Assembly (NCBI RefSeq): GCF_964204865.1
Contig: NC_135254.1
Location: forward strand, 10,540,001 to 10,604,000
Direction of reading: 5' to 3'
Length of the DNA stretch: 64,000 nt
DNA from: Styela clava
Lineage: Eukaryota
The notes under the pieces are model-generated. The model had not been told where the DNA came from. It made no database searches and saw only the letters and a program-made list of their open reading frames with translations. The position numbers and the translations under genes are program-made. Below, piece after piece: positions 24,101 through 37,820 of the stretch; within the stretch, counting starts at the first letter, position 1; every line of letters begins with the position of its first letter.

Positions 24101-27100
24101 CATACTGTTCTAATCACACAGCCAAAGCATATTCGCGCTAGAGTTGATTGTATTGAAGCTATGTTGAATAAAAATGAAAACAGTTTGACCTGTCACCTCA
24201 TTACTTCTTCTTTTTATTTTTTCAACTTCAATATTAGAAAAAATATGTTAAAAATTCGTTTTTCCTCGCTGTCGCAAGTTATTTTACTCACCGATATGGC
24301 GTTGACACACCAATCCTTTTAACCCTGTTGCTCCTGTGATACAGTCTATCGTATGCCATAGAAGATTTGCGTCATAAGTTTTTTGTTCACCTATCGATAC
24401 ACAAGTATCTGTTACACTGATATGATTGTTTGGTTCTCCATCATCCCAACGAGTGAATGAAAGGTTTGTTCCGTCGTTCCATTGAAACATCGACTTTGAT
24501 TTGTCATAAACAAGTCCAATGTAGAATGTATATGGTTCTCCTGTAATAAAACATATCATATTGCTTTATACTGCTTATATACACGCATAGACAAGTGTTT
24601 TAGTGAGAGTCATGCGGTTGAAGCGTTAGCCTTAATTGAGTTGGCATTGCAAATTACGCATCTCAGTTTCAAATACCATCTCACGTCACTCATGGGTGTA
24701 ATAAATTTGCCAGACAGTGTTAAAACTAACACAGCTTCTTATATATTGTTAAATATCAGTGGTTTTTGTACATGGACCTTTTCGCGTAAATAAGCGTTAT
24801 ATCTCAAAAGGTACGGAATTATTGCATTCCGTTCGTAATGAGTATACATTGACTTTAAAATTCAGAATAATGCACGTACCTGATCCATCAGAAATGAGTG
24901 TTGTTATAAATCCTTGAGTCATTTCATTCTTTATTAATGCTAATTCGCCCTCTCTCTCTTTGAAAAATGTTTTTGAAACTTCATAAGATCTTGAAATACC
25001 ACCCGGTGAAACGTAATATTCATAACTTCCATTAGGAAACCATTTTCCTCGACCTGTTTCACAAATGAGAAATCAAATGATTGAATAATATCAGTATTTC
25101 GAGAAATGCGCAGTGAAAAAGCTCGGTTGAGCGAGATAGCATCAGTTATTGCAGGCACTTGCTTTAAATTAAGTACTAAAGTGAATAATAAAGAAAAATG
25201 TTGATATATTGACGGATTTAATAGTTTCGATTATAAGTCGTTATAGCACCTTTCGATTAGAGTCAAGTCAAGTTTAATTTTTCCAAACAGTAAATTAACA
25301 ACAATCGAACACAAATTACGAGAAACTAATAATTACACAGATTTACTGGGGAAATAGATTTACTGGTGGTCGTGGGGGACCAAAGCTGGTTATCGAGCAG
25401 CGACAGCAAAGGTTCAAATATGTTATTTAAATTTGAGCTTGGAATCTACTGTCTTTGACGCTGTCTTTCAACATTATCAGTAAACGACAACGCTAACCTA
25501 GCTTACCGGTTATATACTCTTTTAATATTGCTTTTCAACCAATAAAAAAATATATTCGTGCCAGAGTTACAATAAAAAAAAATTATACAGTTTCACTAGA
25601 GACAGATCATTGATAGAAATTGGTTCATGACTTATGTGAAAGAGAATAACAGAGCCCATTGTTCATATCGCTATCTCATTTTCGCAAAAATTGGTCAGTT
25701 TGCTGGGAAATGAAAACATAACAACCTAATTCTAGAATGAGTTTTCATTCTCACCTAGTGGAGTCAAAGACATAGTTGCATTGCAGGAAACGGATGGCGT
25801 GCATATCTAAAAACAACGTTCATTTTGTTCAATCGTACATGTACGTGTTTTAATCAAATTAACTCTAACTCTTTATTACAAGATCAAAAAAAGAGAAATG
25901 TAACAATGAAATCCAAATTAATTGGGCGCAGACTGAAAGATTGGCTAGTCACATTTAAAATTAGAATGGAATTATGGAATTATTTTGATACGTTAGTCAA
26001 TCTCTTTCAATTAACAACGAAATACAACTAAACTGACTAAAGTTTCCTGAGTGGCAATGTCATGTGTAACTATTATTGTCGTATTTGTGAGGTATAGTTC
26101 TGGAACAACACACTAATCGACATGCTGGAACTTTATAAAATCCTGAACTTTAATGTAATGCTTATCAATACAGCTAGGTAATGAGCAAGCATTTAAAACG
26201 AAAACACAATTATAATGAGTTGTATTTGTAAAACAAGTTTACTTTTGACTCTGCTGTCGTATCATTGCATGAGTATGGACCAATTCTTCCACTGTCAACA
26301 CAAGTTCGGTTTCGTTGCCTCATTCCCGGGCATTCACAGCTACCCCAAGACTCCCATGATCCCCAATTCCAGCCTGCAGAAACATACAGAGAAAATTTAT
26401 TTTGTACAACTGAGTATTCTGAGAATTTTATATCAGTAAATGTAAATCAAGATGAACTGTTAACACAGTATGAGCGGTAGAAACAATGGCAAGGTATATA
26501 AATAGTGATAAGATCAAAAGCAGTTAGTTAGTTTTGCTTGCAGTAAATTTATGATATTGTGAAACTGCTTTCTCTAAACATAATTTATCCAGTTAAATTG
26601 GAAACATTAGACCCAGATAACCCAATTCTCAATTTTCATTAAGAGATTTTGCTCGAGGCAAACTTAGTCGCACTCATTCGGAATAAAGTATACTAGTATT
26701 TGATAAAAATACGGGCGATCGCTGAAATGCCAAGTGTCACTAACTGCAATTATACAGTATTTTGGTGGGACAATAAACACCAGCGGATGCCTGCTGATGC
26801 GTTACTACAAGCAGTTCAAATCAATGCTATAATGAGCATAATCATGGGCAGTAAATCCTGACATGGTTACAATTTACCAAATTGGCCTTAAAATATATAA
26901 ATAGGTATTTGCAAAAAGATTATGACTCTTCTGTTTAACAAAGTTCAGACAACCATTTATTGCATAAAACATCAGGCTGTATTCACAAAAAATACATAAT
27001 CTACAAATTTAGTATACATTTATTACAAACAAATGTTGTTACCGATTAATCGTTGACAGACAAATCCAGTTGGATAATTCGCAGCGCATTCGACGTCATA

Positions 27101-28345
27101 CCACGGTAGATTTGCAAAATACGCGAGAAACCACCCCATAGCACCACAAGATCGGGAACTCTCACTAGAAGGTTCTCCTGTGTTCCAGTTAGTGTAGGTT
27201 AGTTCTGAATTGTCATTCCATATGAAGGTATTACTTGTGCCAACTTCCTTTAAGCCAATATAAAATCCATATGGTGTTCCTGTAAGTGTAGACAATAAAA
27301 TGCTGTAGAGCAGGATTTTCCAAACTGGGTCCTCGGGCCCGCGGTACGTGTTGACTGCACAGAGAGTCCGCAGCGATATGAAAAGATTGTGATTAATCTT
27401 TAACGATTGATCTTAATCAAAAAGTCATAGCATCTTTTTGGTTCAGCGTTGTGGACAAATATTGCAGTCAGTAAAAGCGATTTTAATTTCCTTGCTATTT
27501 TCGACGACCTACATTGTGAGGCAGCATTTTCAGCTTTTACCAATATGATGACAAAATACAGGTCGGGACTTGCCGTATAATCGAACCTACAAGTTTACTT
27601 GTCACAAATTGCTCGAGAATCGATAAATTGAGCAGTGAAAAGCATTATTACCGTTTATGTTGTTATGTTGACAAAAAAAAATTCTTTCCTCGTTGGTTAG
27701 GCACAAAAACTGATACGGGGTCTGTCAAACCTAAGATTCAAAAATAGGGGTCAGGCTCAAAAAGTTTGGGAAACCCTGCTTTAGAGTAATAAAAAGTTTT
27801 GTCGTGTGTAATATTTGTTGTATGTAAACATGACTGGTTGAAACTGTTGGAGATAAATGAAATTATATTCTTATATATGACGACTGACGAATTAAAAATT
27901 CTCAAACAATCGTATGGAGTATTCTAACGCAAATCCCAAAACGCACGAACAAAGATTCTAATGAACATAACGTTAAATACTCTTAAGCAAATTCATTCCG
28001 GGATCTGGGGTGAAGCGTAAAATGTACTGTTTACCTGAGGTAGCTGAGACTTGATTCTGAATAAACATTTGAATCTCGCTAGTTTTTATCATTGCCATCT
28101 CACCATCAGTGTTTTTACAGAATGTTTCACCATCAACATAGGATTTTTTATCATCTTTTTCAGATACGTAGTATTGGTAACTTCCAAATGCATTCCACTT
28201 ACCTCTACCTTGTCGTAAAATAAAGAGTTTATGAATAAGCACATCATTTGAAAGACATGGTGATATATTATATATACCAACCTGCGCTAACGACGGCAAT
28301 CATCCAAGCAAATATCCCAACGAATATCAAAAGTTGCTTTCTCAT
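21167..28345 (-). CDS. Receptor 2: SP-CTLD-TSP1-CTLD-(TSP1-mucin)x2-TM-short Tyr-motif tail (~718 aa), putative activating lectin receptor
   Basis: 13 phase-compatible exons: 28345-28282, 28208-28035, 27279-27043, 26373-26243, 25806-25755, 25053-24880, 24540-24292, 23838-23711, 23308-23095, 22785-22658, 22263-22050, 21843-21738 (TM LLVAIISSIVTLILAAILFGIGLLI), 21452-21167 (YDKI, YEIP, YEEI, YEEM, YINS). Total 2157 nt, open. Confidence 0.85.
21930..23930 (-). repeat. Intragenic ~1.05-kb tandem duplication of the TSP1 exon plus mucin exon
   Basis: The 128-nt TSP1 exon and 214-nt mucin exon, with flanking intron sequence, occur twice at an offset of about 1045-1053 nt. Confidence 0.9.
27311..27778. 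mobile_element. hAT/Charlie-like MITE in intron 2 of receptor 2
   Basis: TIRs caggattttccaaact / agtttgggaaaccctg and 8-bp TSD ctgtagag/ctttagag. The empty site (ccttagag) is seen in receptors 1, 3 and 4. Confidence 0.88.
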
Positions 28346-30747
28346 TTCCGCGGCTAATTATCTAACTTTCCCCATAACATTTTAATTTTAATCCAAAAAT
28401 TGAAATAAAACAAGGTCGATATATACCAGATAGGGAAACTATCTGCATAAACTTTCCATGACAATATAAAAATAGCAAAAGCTATGAATATATTAGATAA
28501 CACTACTAAATTTCTTCAAAGCTTATAATACAATGTATAATACTTTATGCAATACTTAGAAATGAATGATTTGAATGCCCACAATAGCATTAAATATAAT
28601 TATTCGAAAACCTTCGATATTATTTTTAGTACACTGCAACTAAGAATCATATTTCTAGCCGCATTACTTTCATTATCAGAAGAGTGATGCAAATAAGACC
28701 TTAATTCGACTTGCCGGGATGAAATCATAAGCAATATGATCTGACAATTCTTACCTTACAATAACTAAGTCTAATATGAGTAATGAAGTTAATAAAGATA
28801 ACATTTTTATATAATACAGAATGAAACTTCCTATTACGAGTGGGATGTTTCAATAACCTTTTAGTCACAACATTTTCGAAATTACAGCAAAGAGATGATT
28901 AATGACGAATATGCTTCAGAAGAAAATACATATTACAAGACTGATTAGCCTTGTTATGCGGTATTATCTAGTCACTTATGTTTATGTCATGGATCAAGCA
29001 AACCTTATTCATACAGAAACATAGCGGCATTTTAAAAAATGAAGCACTCAGATATCAAAATTCAACAATTAGAACGGAAGAGGATTGGCTTATTTAGTTG
29101 AGATTTGAAAGCAACAATTGTTTCTTTCCTAAAAAAGAATATTTGTATCATATTTTAATATATGAATTGTTTCTAATATTGGACAAGTTTTTTAATATGA
29201 AATCTTTGATTCTGGTCTCACCAATCAACTCAAATTATTCGCTTATGTTGAACATGATATTTCGATCATATTCTGTTTGTTTTTGTAGTATAATAAACAA
29301 TAACTAACAAAGTAATTAATATTTATTTCACTATTGATACATGAATAACAGACGGAAAGAATGAATGAATTGTATTGTTTGCTACATTGATTGGCTCATT
29401 GGTTGCGTTTTCCGTTTTGACTTCTACTGCAGAAGCAAGGATAACCATTACTATGGCCTTCTTACTAAGGAAATGCATGTCGAGAAAACAACAACGGAGA
29501 ATATGACTAATCTAAGCAGAACGAAGATGGAAATGACACGTACCACAACTATTAGAATAATACATGAATATCATGACAACTTTATAAGCAAAGCCAGGTA
29601 AAGAGATGAATATTGTGGGCTATACTAAAGTTTTAACCTAATAAAAGTTTAGTAATCTCTTGTGACTGACTGCTGTGCTATCGTAAATGACAGAAGGATT
29701 ATTGAACCATTATTAAAAATACATTATTTGATATTTGTAGAAAAACTATTCATTCATAAAATAATAAATCCATGAGTTCAAATCAATTGCGTTTTGTGGA
29801 ACAAAAAAAATAATAACCATAAAATTCTGAAATTTTGTTGAAATAAATGAACGATTGTTGGTAAATGAGATGAATTCAGGTTTTAAGTTACACAAACAAA
29901 AATTAAATTATATGTAACAACATGTTTTCTCGAATATCATTTTTTTCCTCAGGGGTGTAATTAGACACTTTTATTTTCCATTGCAGAAATGAGTGTAACA
30001 TTACGATGATGACTTGTGCAACAAACAGTATTTTCTGAAAGAAGAAGTGTGAGCTACATATTTAGTGACGACTTGTGTTTATTTGGTATGTGTATGTGAT
30101 TCGTTCAATTTTATAGAATTTGACCAAGTTTTGGGGAAAGTTTAACGAAATTCGATTCAAAATTTACGATTATATATTGTAAACTGTATTTTAGAGATAC
30201 ACTAAAATAACTGTTAACGTTCTGGCATTTGCAAAAATGATTCACTGGAATAATTAGTCATAAAAACGAACCTTGGTGATCCCCTCGCATTAATTTGATC
30301 ATAGTATAGTTAAATCTGTATTCAATTTGCATTTGTTCGTTTATCATTGCATCTTAGCCACCTGTGCTGTATATTTGGAAGATATGAGCATTTCGCACTG
30401 TGACTAAATATCCCCAATCGAAATTAATATCGCGATGTAAATGGGGCATCGGCGTATGTATCAAGCGCACGTATTTAACTTATCTATTACATATGCCTGA
30501 AATTATACATATTTTAAATTTCAATAAAATATGAATAAATTAATATACTAGTGGCAGAAGTAACTGAATGTCAAGTATTTATCAATTCTTTGGAACAAGT
30601 TTCTTTATATGTTTTGGTATTTTTATTATTCATTTTGTTTAACAGAGCGTTTAATGTTTTTCAGAGCTAATCATTTTTACTGCTAGTTACATCCGCAAAG
30701 CATTACAATCTATATTTGATTTTTGTCAGTTTACATGATTCAGAAGA
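28346..30747. promoter_or_regulatory. Divergent promoter spacer, unit 2
   Basis: Homologous to 11672-14114 and lies between head-to-head ATGs. Confidence 0.55.
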
Positions 30748-33700
30748 ATGAGAAGCGAATTAATATTTTTGTTTATTCTTCTTCAATATCCGAGGCATCT
30801 GAACGCAGCAGGTATTATTTCATTGTTATGACTGTTTTTAGAAAATTTACTGAAAACAAGGTTACTCATACAGGTATAAGGGAGATTGATCTGATCAAAG
30901 TTTTGAGACTATAAGAGATTAAAGGATAGAATTGAGCGTTGGTAAATACCGATCGGCACTAAGCTTAAAAGCAATTTTAATATCAATACAATGAATAAAA
31001 GATGTGTGAGGTATTGAATTCCATATACATGGAGTTTTTGGAATGAACTTAGGAATTATAGGTACACTAACAGTAAACCGATGAGAGCTCACAGTCAATC
31101 GTATTTAACGGCTGAAAACTTTTTAGGGGGACAATATTCACATTTTTGAACATTTGGTAAGCGGTAACAACGGTTGCCTGACAATATGATATGGTAAAAT
31201 TTGTTTAGATAATATAGGATTACATTACGTTATGTCTCAAATATTAATTTATTTTGCCAGAATGTCGGGAAACGCCCATGGATCTTGTATTTATGCTGGA
31301 TGGATCGGGTTCTATCACAAATGTGAATTGGGAGCTTATGAAGTCATGGGTCAAGTTGGTAGCAGAAAATTATGACTTAGGCGGATTAACACAGATTGGC
31401 GTCGTTCAGTTCTCACACTGGTTTTCAAATGAGAAGTAAGCTATAGAAAAAGATTTCATTTTATTTAATTAGATTTTAAGTCGCATTTATAAATAATTTA
31501 TTTAAATTATTTAAAAACAGCTGCTCTATTAGTCAAGATCAAATTGCCTAGAAACAGCTGCCATGACATGTATTTGGCTTAACTTTGTGGCGAAGAATGA
31601 TTTCTTCTTAAGCGTCAAATGAGATCATCATGATCACCATAGTTGTCAAAATTATGTCAACAGTGTTTTAGCTCTGTTGTGTATTTTAGTGCTTTAATAA
31701 AAATTAACAAGGAATTAGTTTTGATCGTTTTCCACTTTGTTCCACTTCGCTGCGAGTGTTTTTACGAATTTTATCTGGGTACAGTAAGACTAAGATACAT
31801 TCTTCTAAAATCATTTTCCGCGTTTGTTTGTATTTTCAAATTCATTGTTATTCAATAAAAAAAATTCGATAAAATAGTTTTCATTTTCTTTTCATAGCAC
31901 ACAGCCATATTTAAAAACTGAAATTCAGCTAGGAAAACTGAAGACCAAAGCCCAATTGAAGGTAAAATATTCATCAAGGGTTGAGCAGTCGAGACTGGTT
32001 CCGTCACGGTAAGATCAGACAGTTCTTTCTGATGAGGTATCGAACATGGCGGAATAAAAAGTATTCCTCTCTAATTAAAATACAATAGTAAACTTTCGAG
32101 ATAATCATTTGGTTCTATATTTTGAAAAAAAAAATTCCTTTCGTAACAACAAAAAAAACAAAACCCAAAATTTAGCATATTTTAGATTCACATGTACAAT
32201 AAACGCAGTTGCAAAACAAAGCTAGTGAGATGGTGGGGTCACGTTCTACGCGAAAAAGAACTAAAGTCATATTTGTCGTATGAATTGTCTTATTTAACGA
32301 TTTGTTCACAAAATTGTGATACCTTCAGAATTCAAAATGCAATTAGCTTTAAATTAATAACTGAGTATTCATTAGGCCGCTGTTGACGAAATATCAATTC
32401 ATGGGTTCACAACTTACACTGCACATGCTATCAACAAAACAGTGAACGAAGATTTCATGAGATCTGATCGTTTTTATGATGCTTCAGTGAAGAAAGTCAT
32501 TATTTTATTTACAGATGGAAGGTAATCTTGTCTAAACAATGTCTGAATACACGCAAAATGCACCTTTGAATCGTATCGTTAACTGTAGTTAATGTTTTTG
32601 TTATTATTGTTAATGTTCACGGTTCATGTAATGGTAGTTAGCAGAGTTCTTTTGATATATCCGTATATTTAGCCCCTTTGTTTTTCAACTTGGGTTTCTG
32701 CGCGATATATATTATTTTTACACCATCAAGATATTAGTTGTTGAAACTCTAAATAAATTTTATTTCAAAGCTGATTACTACTTTATTATTTACCAAATTA
32801 TTCTAATCTTAGACATCCAAAAATTAAGAAGTAGTATAAAACCGTTTTTGTTTTGCTCGATTTATTGAAGGTATGCTCGTGTAACAAGTCTTAAATAGGT
32901 GTGTAGATTGTAGATGGTTATAGATAATTTTTTATATCTTTTGAAGATCTACCGACAGAAATGATTTGCTTTTGTCAGCAAAATATGCTCGGTCAAATGG
33001 GATTACTATATTTGCAGTTGGTGCTGGAGGTTATGTAATGGAGGAATTACAGGTAATCTGAAAAGTTGTAACAAATTGAAATAAGAGAATTTTTATGCAT
33101 CAATATGGTATAGCTTTTCTATCTTTTGTCTAATCATTATATGTCTGTGTATTAAAGATTGTTAATCAACAAGACTGAGAAAGTATAACCAAATTAGTTA
33201 TCAGGATAAAACTCTTTTTGACTGAGATTGATAAGTAACAATGTGGGCTACTGTAGTTGTTTAAATGTTCTTTCTATTTGGGCATCTGGAGTGAGACCAG
33301 CTTCTTTTCTGTTTCTTATATCTGGGATTGGCAAAAAATATTTCATTCAAATAATATATTTTATTAAATAATTAGGCATGTTGCACGGAGAAATGACGTA
33401 TCGCGGGAGCTCGAGCTGATATGCGACTGGCGACGTTCCATTTAATCGCCCAGGATCTCCGCTGATACATTAGGCCCGTTCTCCAGCAAAACGTTAAGCC
33501 ATGCATGCAAAATTGCAGATCAATAACGGCAGTGTATTGCGGAACTGTCAGTTTATTTGGACGCTGCGCGGCTCTTCAACATCTCAGCTTGTGCGGTTTT
33601 CTGTGGCTAATTGTCAAAACATGTTCACTTGAATTCCTAACTTTCAAAGTTTCCCCAGTTGTGGAATATCGAAGTTAGTTTACGAGAAAATCACCTGGAG

Positions 33701-35847
33701 CAACATCCAACAAATCGATACATCCATACGTTTGATATCAGAGCATTTTGTTTCCTTATTGCAAACGATTGCGGGAGTGCTACCATAATACACTGCATTT
33801 GATGAACGATCGTTTGCAATGAATTTTCTTTTTACTTATTATATGGAATATTTACTAGTGACGCTCTGATTCGAGTCTTTTGCCACCATTCACGTTTTGC
33901 CTGTGCTTGAACTTATTTGAATAAACAGAGCTAGGATTGTGGGCATGGACGTGCCAAACTTTACTGCTGTCCAGAATGAGGTTATGATAATGATGTCCTC
34001 CAACTTCGAAAATAATTCGGGGGATAAACAAATTAAAGCTGTTGCTATACATGAGAATGAATAAATTAAAGGTCACGTATGAGGGGAATGTTTGTAAAAT
34101 TGTGATATATCACTTAATGACCAGACGAGCAAAACGGCGGTCATCCATTGCTGATTCATCACAATCAGTTTCACAAATCTATACACGTCATGTCATCTTT
34201 TACTTGAATAAAACACATAGAGAAAAATGTGTGATATCGTGAACTCTACAGCTTGGATTTGCTGCCCGCTCATCCGCTGGCCCGCCTCAGAGTGAGGATG
34301 AAATTCACTTAGTCTAAGTTGAATTAAATGTTTCAAGCATGGTCTCTACTGGCACAATAAACCACTTCTCAAATATCTCAATACCTGTATCTTAAAAAAA
34401 CAGATTCGAGCTATGTTCATCTATAGATCATAGTTGAATTATACTCGATGAAACTTGAACTCGACCTCGGCAAAAACAACTTTGTGTTGGCATGTAATAA
34501 GAATCCGGCATCCCTTTTAATTTAGCATTCACTGGTATCATTGTCTCCATTACGATTTTAATATTCATAGTTGTAGCAAATGTTATTTATGTCTTTGTGT
34601 TCACGTTTAACGACATAGTTGAATTGGGATCATATGAGTAGGAAGTATCAAATAAAACGATAACAAAAATATTTTTTTAGTAACGAACAAGACCTAACCT
34701 TGTATAGCTTTGCTACATCGGATGTTTAAACCGAAAAATGTTAAAAAGTTACCACGATAAGTTGTGATTGAAAAAGCAGATTGGGACAGTCGTAAAATGC
34801 AACAAGTTTAACCTAACTGACGGATAAATTTCATATACTTTTATTTACAGATTATTGCAAATGGCCAGATCAATAACAATGAACGAGTGATTACAGTTTC
34901 AAATTTTACTAGGCTGAATACTACAGTAGATATTTTAAAGCAAGGTATATGCGCTATCCAAGGTAATGTTGATATTAATAGTCAGTATTTATTGAAGCTG
35001 CTACGATATGTTAGTAGCATGTAATTTCGAACTACGTTTTCAAAATATTACTATAACTATAAGAATTAAATGTTCCCCATCTCGACGTCATAAGCCGAAA
35101 TGATATTCGATTTTTTTTTTGTTAGAATCAGTGGATTATAAGATGAGATGCTTTTTGCAGGCTACCACAACACAATCAACGATTGAAATTTATTTTCTCG
35201 TTTTCGAAAAGCATTTCGTTCAATGCGCATAGCTAATAATAACTCATTTCCTACAGATTTTATAGCATATAATATAGAAATTTACATTCATCAAAAGGTA
35301 TAACAGCTAAAATGTACAAACTAAAGAGGGAATTATATAAGATTCAAAAAAATATTTATATTTGTTTATAGTTCCCTTCATAGTGTCTCGCTACACTTGC
35401 ACAACCTCATCGCTAGAAGTTCAATGGAAAACAACTACATTTAGGTCGGTCTTCTCATACAGACTTCAAATTCAGGTTAAATTTATAAATACAATAAAAG
35501 TCATTTTATTGGTTTAAACACTTTCACTGTGCGTTATAACATGTAATTTTATGCTAAATATCACATTTATGTATTTAACTTATAAGGATCTCAAGACCAA
35601 AGAAATCAAGGAGACAAGCGTTCAATTACTCATGAAAAAGGAACCAACAATAAAAATTCACGAAGAAAACACATCTTCGGAGTTTGCTTGCGTCACTACG
35701 ACAAATTTGTATATTTCAAGCAACTACGAAATCGTTGTTGAGCAAATATCGGCAAAAACAAACAATCAAATAAAAACCATATCCAAAGTTCTTCACAATG
35801 CAAATGGGAAGACTATTATGCGGTTAACGTTTCTTGACTTTGTCTAG
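30748..35847 (+). CDS. Secreted VWA + FN3-like protein, copy 2 (343 aa)
   Basis: Exons 30748-30811, 31261-31435, 31898-31961, 32376-32521, 32947-33052, 34851-34962, 35372-35475, 35587-35847. Same exon sizes as copy 1, all open. Confidence 0.88.
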
Positions 35848-36610
35848 CTTATATTCGGGATGTCAGACTTTTCAAAAGAAGATATTTTTTACACATACCA
35901 ACTTAAAACACATGTAAATCTATATATGTGTGCGTATATTTTTCATTCAGTTCAAATAAACATATTAGGACAATCCATCTATTATATGCTGATATAGCCA
36001 CCACCACATTCAGAGTATAATAAACTGGGTTAGGAATGCGGAACCGGAAATATTCTGGTCCACCAAGTTCTGTTCTTTATGCATTATTTACTACTTCCAT
36101 GGTTTCTTATTTGGGGTGAAATGGTGAAGAACATTTCATAAAAATAATGCCAACTGATTACAGCTCCAAAGTTGATTGGAATCCTGATTCAAATTGATAA
36201 TACATTCAATTATTCAGGCTCTACTTGGGCATTTGATACTGGCAAGGAAAGCTAACACTGCTTGACAACCCAATCAAACTCAGTTCAGGTGAATTAAACT
36301 GAATATTCTCTTCTTCATTCAGATTCCAGTTTTGTCAAATAAATTATCACCATGTAATGTAAATAGATTGAAATCATGTTTTTGAATTTATAAGGAAAAT
36401 TTATAGATTTTTGTAATATTATTCGAGGACGCTTTCGAGGTCAATTTGCTTTGATTCATTTTAATGAAATATTTACTATGCACACATTTTACACTTATAT
36501 TAGTAAATCAAAAAAAAAATGAATGTAATAAATTTTGATCGTATTTAGTGATAATATTTACTGCCTTGGAGAAATTACCATTATTTAAATGTTTAGTACA
36601 AGATTATATT

Positions 36611-36833
36611 ATTTAGTTTATACTACTGTCGAATAACTTATTCTCGAACGTAAAGGCAGTCAGCTAACTAAAGAAAATCATTCGAGCACTATGTTTTTAC
36701 GTTGTTACGTATGGTTGTTCTCTTTTGGTACGAGACTAAATCATTTAGTTTATACTTTGCCGAATAACTTATTGCCCAAAGTAAGGGCAGTCAGCTAACT
36801 AAAGAAAATCATTCGAACATGTATGTTTTTACG
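36611..36833. repeat. Local direct duplication of ~90 bp (also at ~50030-50252)
   Basis: atttagtttatact...cagtcagctaactaaagaaaatcattcga...tatgtttttacgt occurs twice. The homologous sites at ~19910-20000 and ~63485-63570 have a single copy. Confidence 0.8.
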
Positions 36834-37820
36834 TGGTGACGTATGTTTTACGTCACAACTCACAGATACCGCAATCAATGTTATGCTACGGTTCACATCA
36901 TGAGAAAGCGTTTACCAAGATTTTATATGTGATACTTGTTTATATTGGAAAGATCTAGTCTAGGTCATAATTGAACAAATACATTCAATTCGGATTATTA
37001 ATTTGAGATTATATTGTTACAAACATTATTTATATATAATCTGTTTGACTTATATTCATAGTTTTGTACAAGACAAAAACAATAATGGACCATACAAGTA
37101 TGTTCTGAATTTGGTTATATTTTAAAGTTTCTATAACGAACACTTGAACGAGTGTGAACTCATCACTTAGTCCTATAGCATTATAAAATAAGACGATTCC
37201 ACCAAGCTTCAAATTATTGAATACCAATTATTGTAAGAAAAATGTCAGTGGCACCTACAAACAAAAAAGAAACACACTTAAAAAAATATGTTACTAATTT
37301 AGAAGGAAACAGGATGGATGCTATCAGGGTAAAGCTTTCAACAAAATATGACTTGAAATTAACAATATTTGTTGAAAACACTTCAGAGTTAGACAATAGT
37401 GCTTGTGTACTTGCTTTCATTTATGGTAGGAAATAGAAAACCAAGGAATATCACAATACATCCATAATACAATACATCAACTTCATTTATATTACGGGAT
37501 TCTTAAAAAAGTGGCAAATGTATTGCAAAGAAACCATTACCAGCCTAGATCATGTTATGCCAGTTATACGAATCCAGATCCACAGTTGCCTTTATAATGA
37601 AAGATCTAAATTTTACATCTCCGATATGCAATGTTATTTTTGTTTGAATAAGTATCAGCTAATACAAGCGCAGAAGTTCAAGAACAAGTAGTAATGGTTA
37701 AAATTACAATGTTTGTATGCGTTTCAGAATGTATAACAAGATTCACGACTAAACAGGAGTGGCAATGGATGATTGCTATTTACAATCAATCTGTCAAGAA
37801 TCATATTCATTTTTAGGCAT

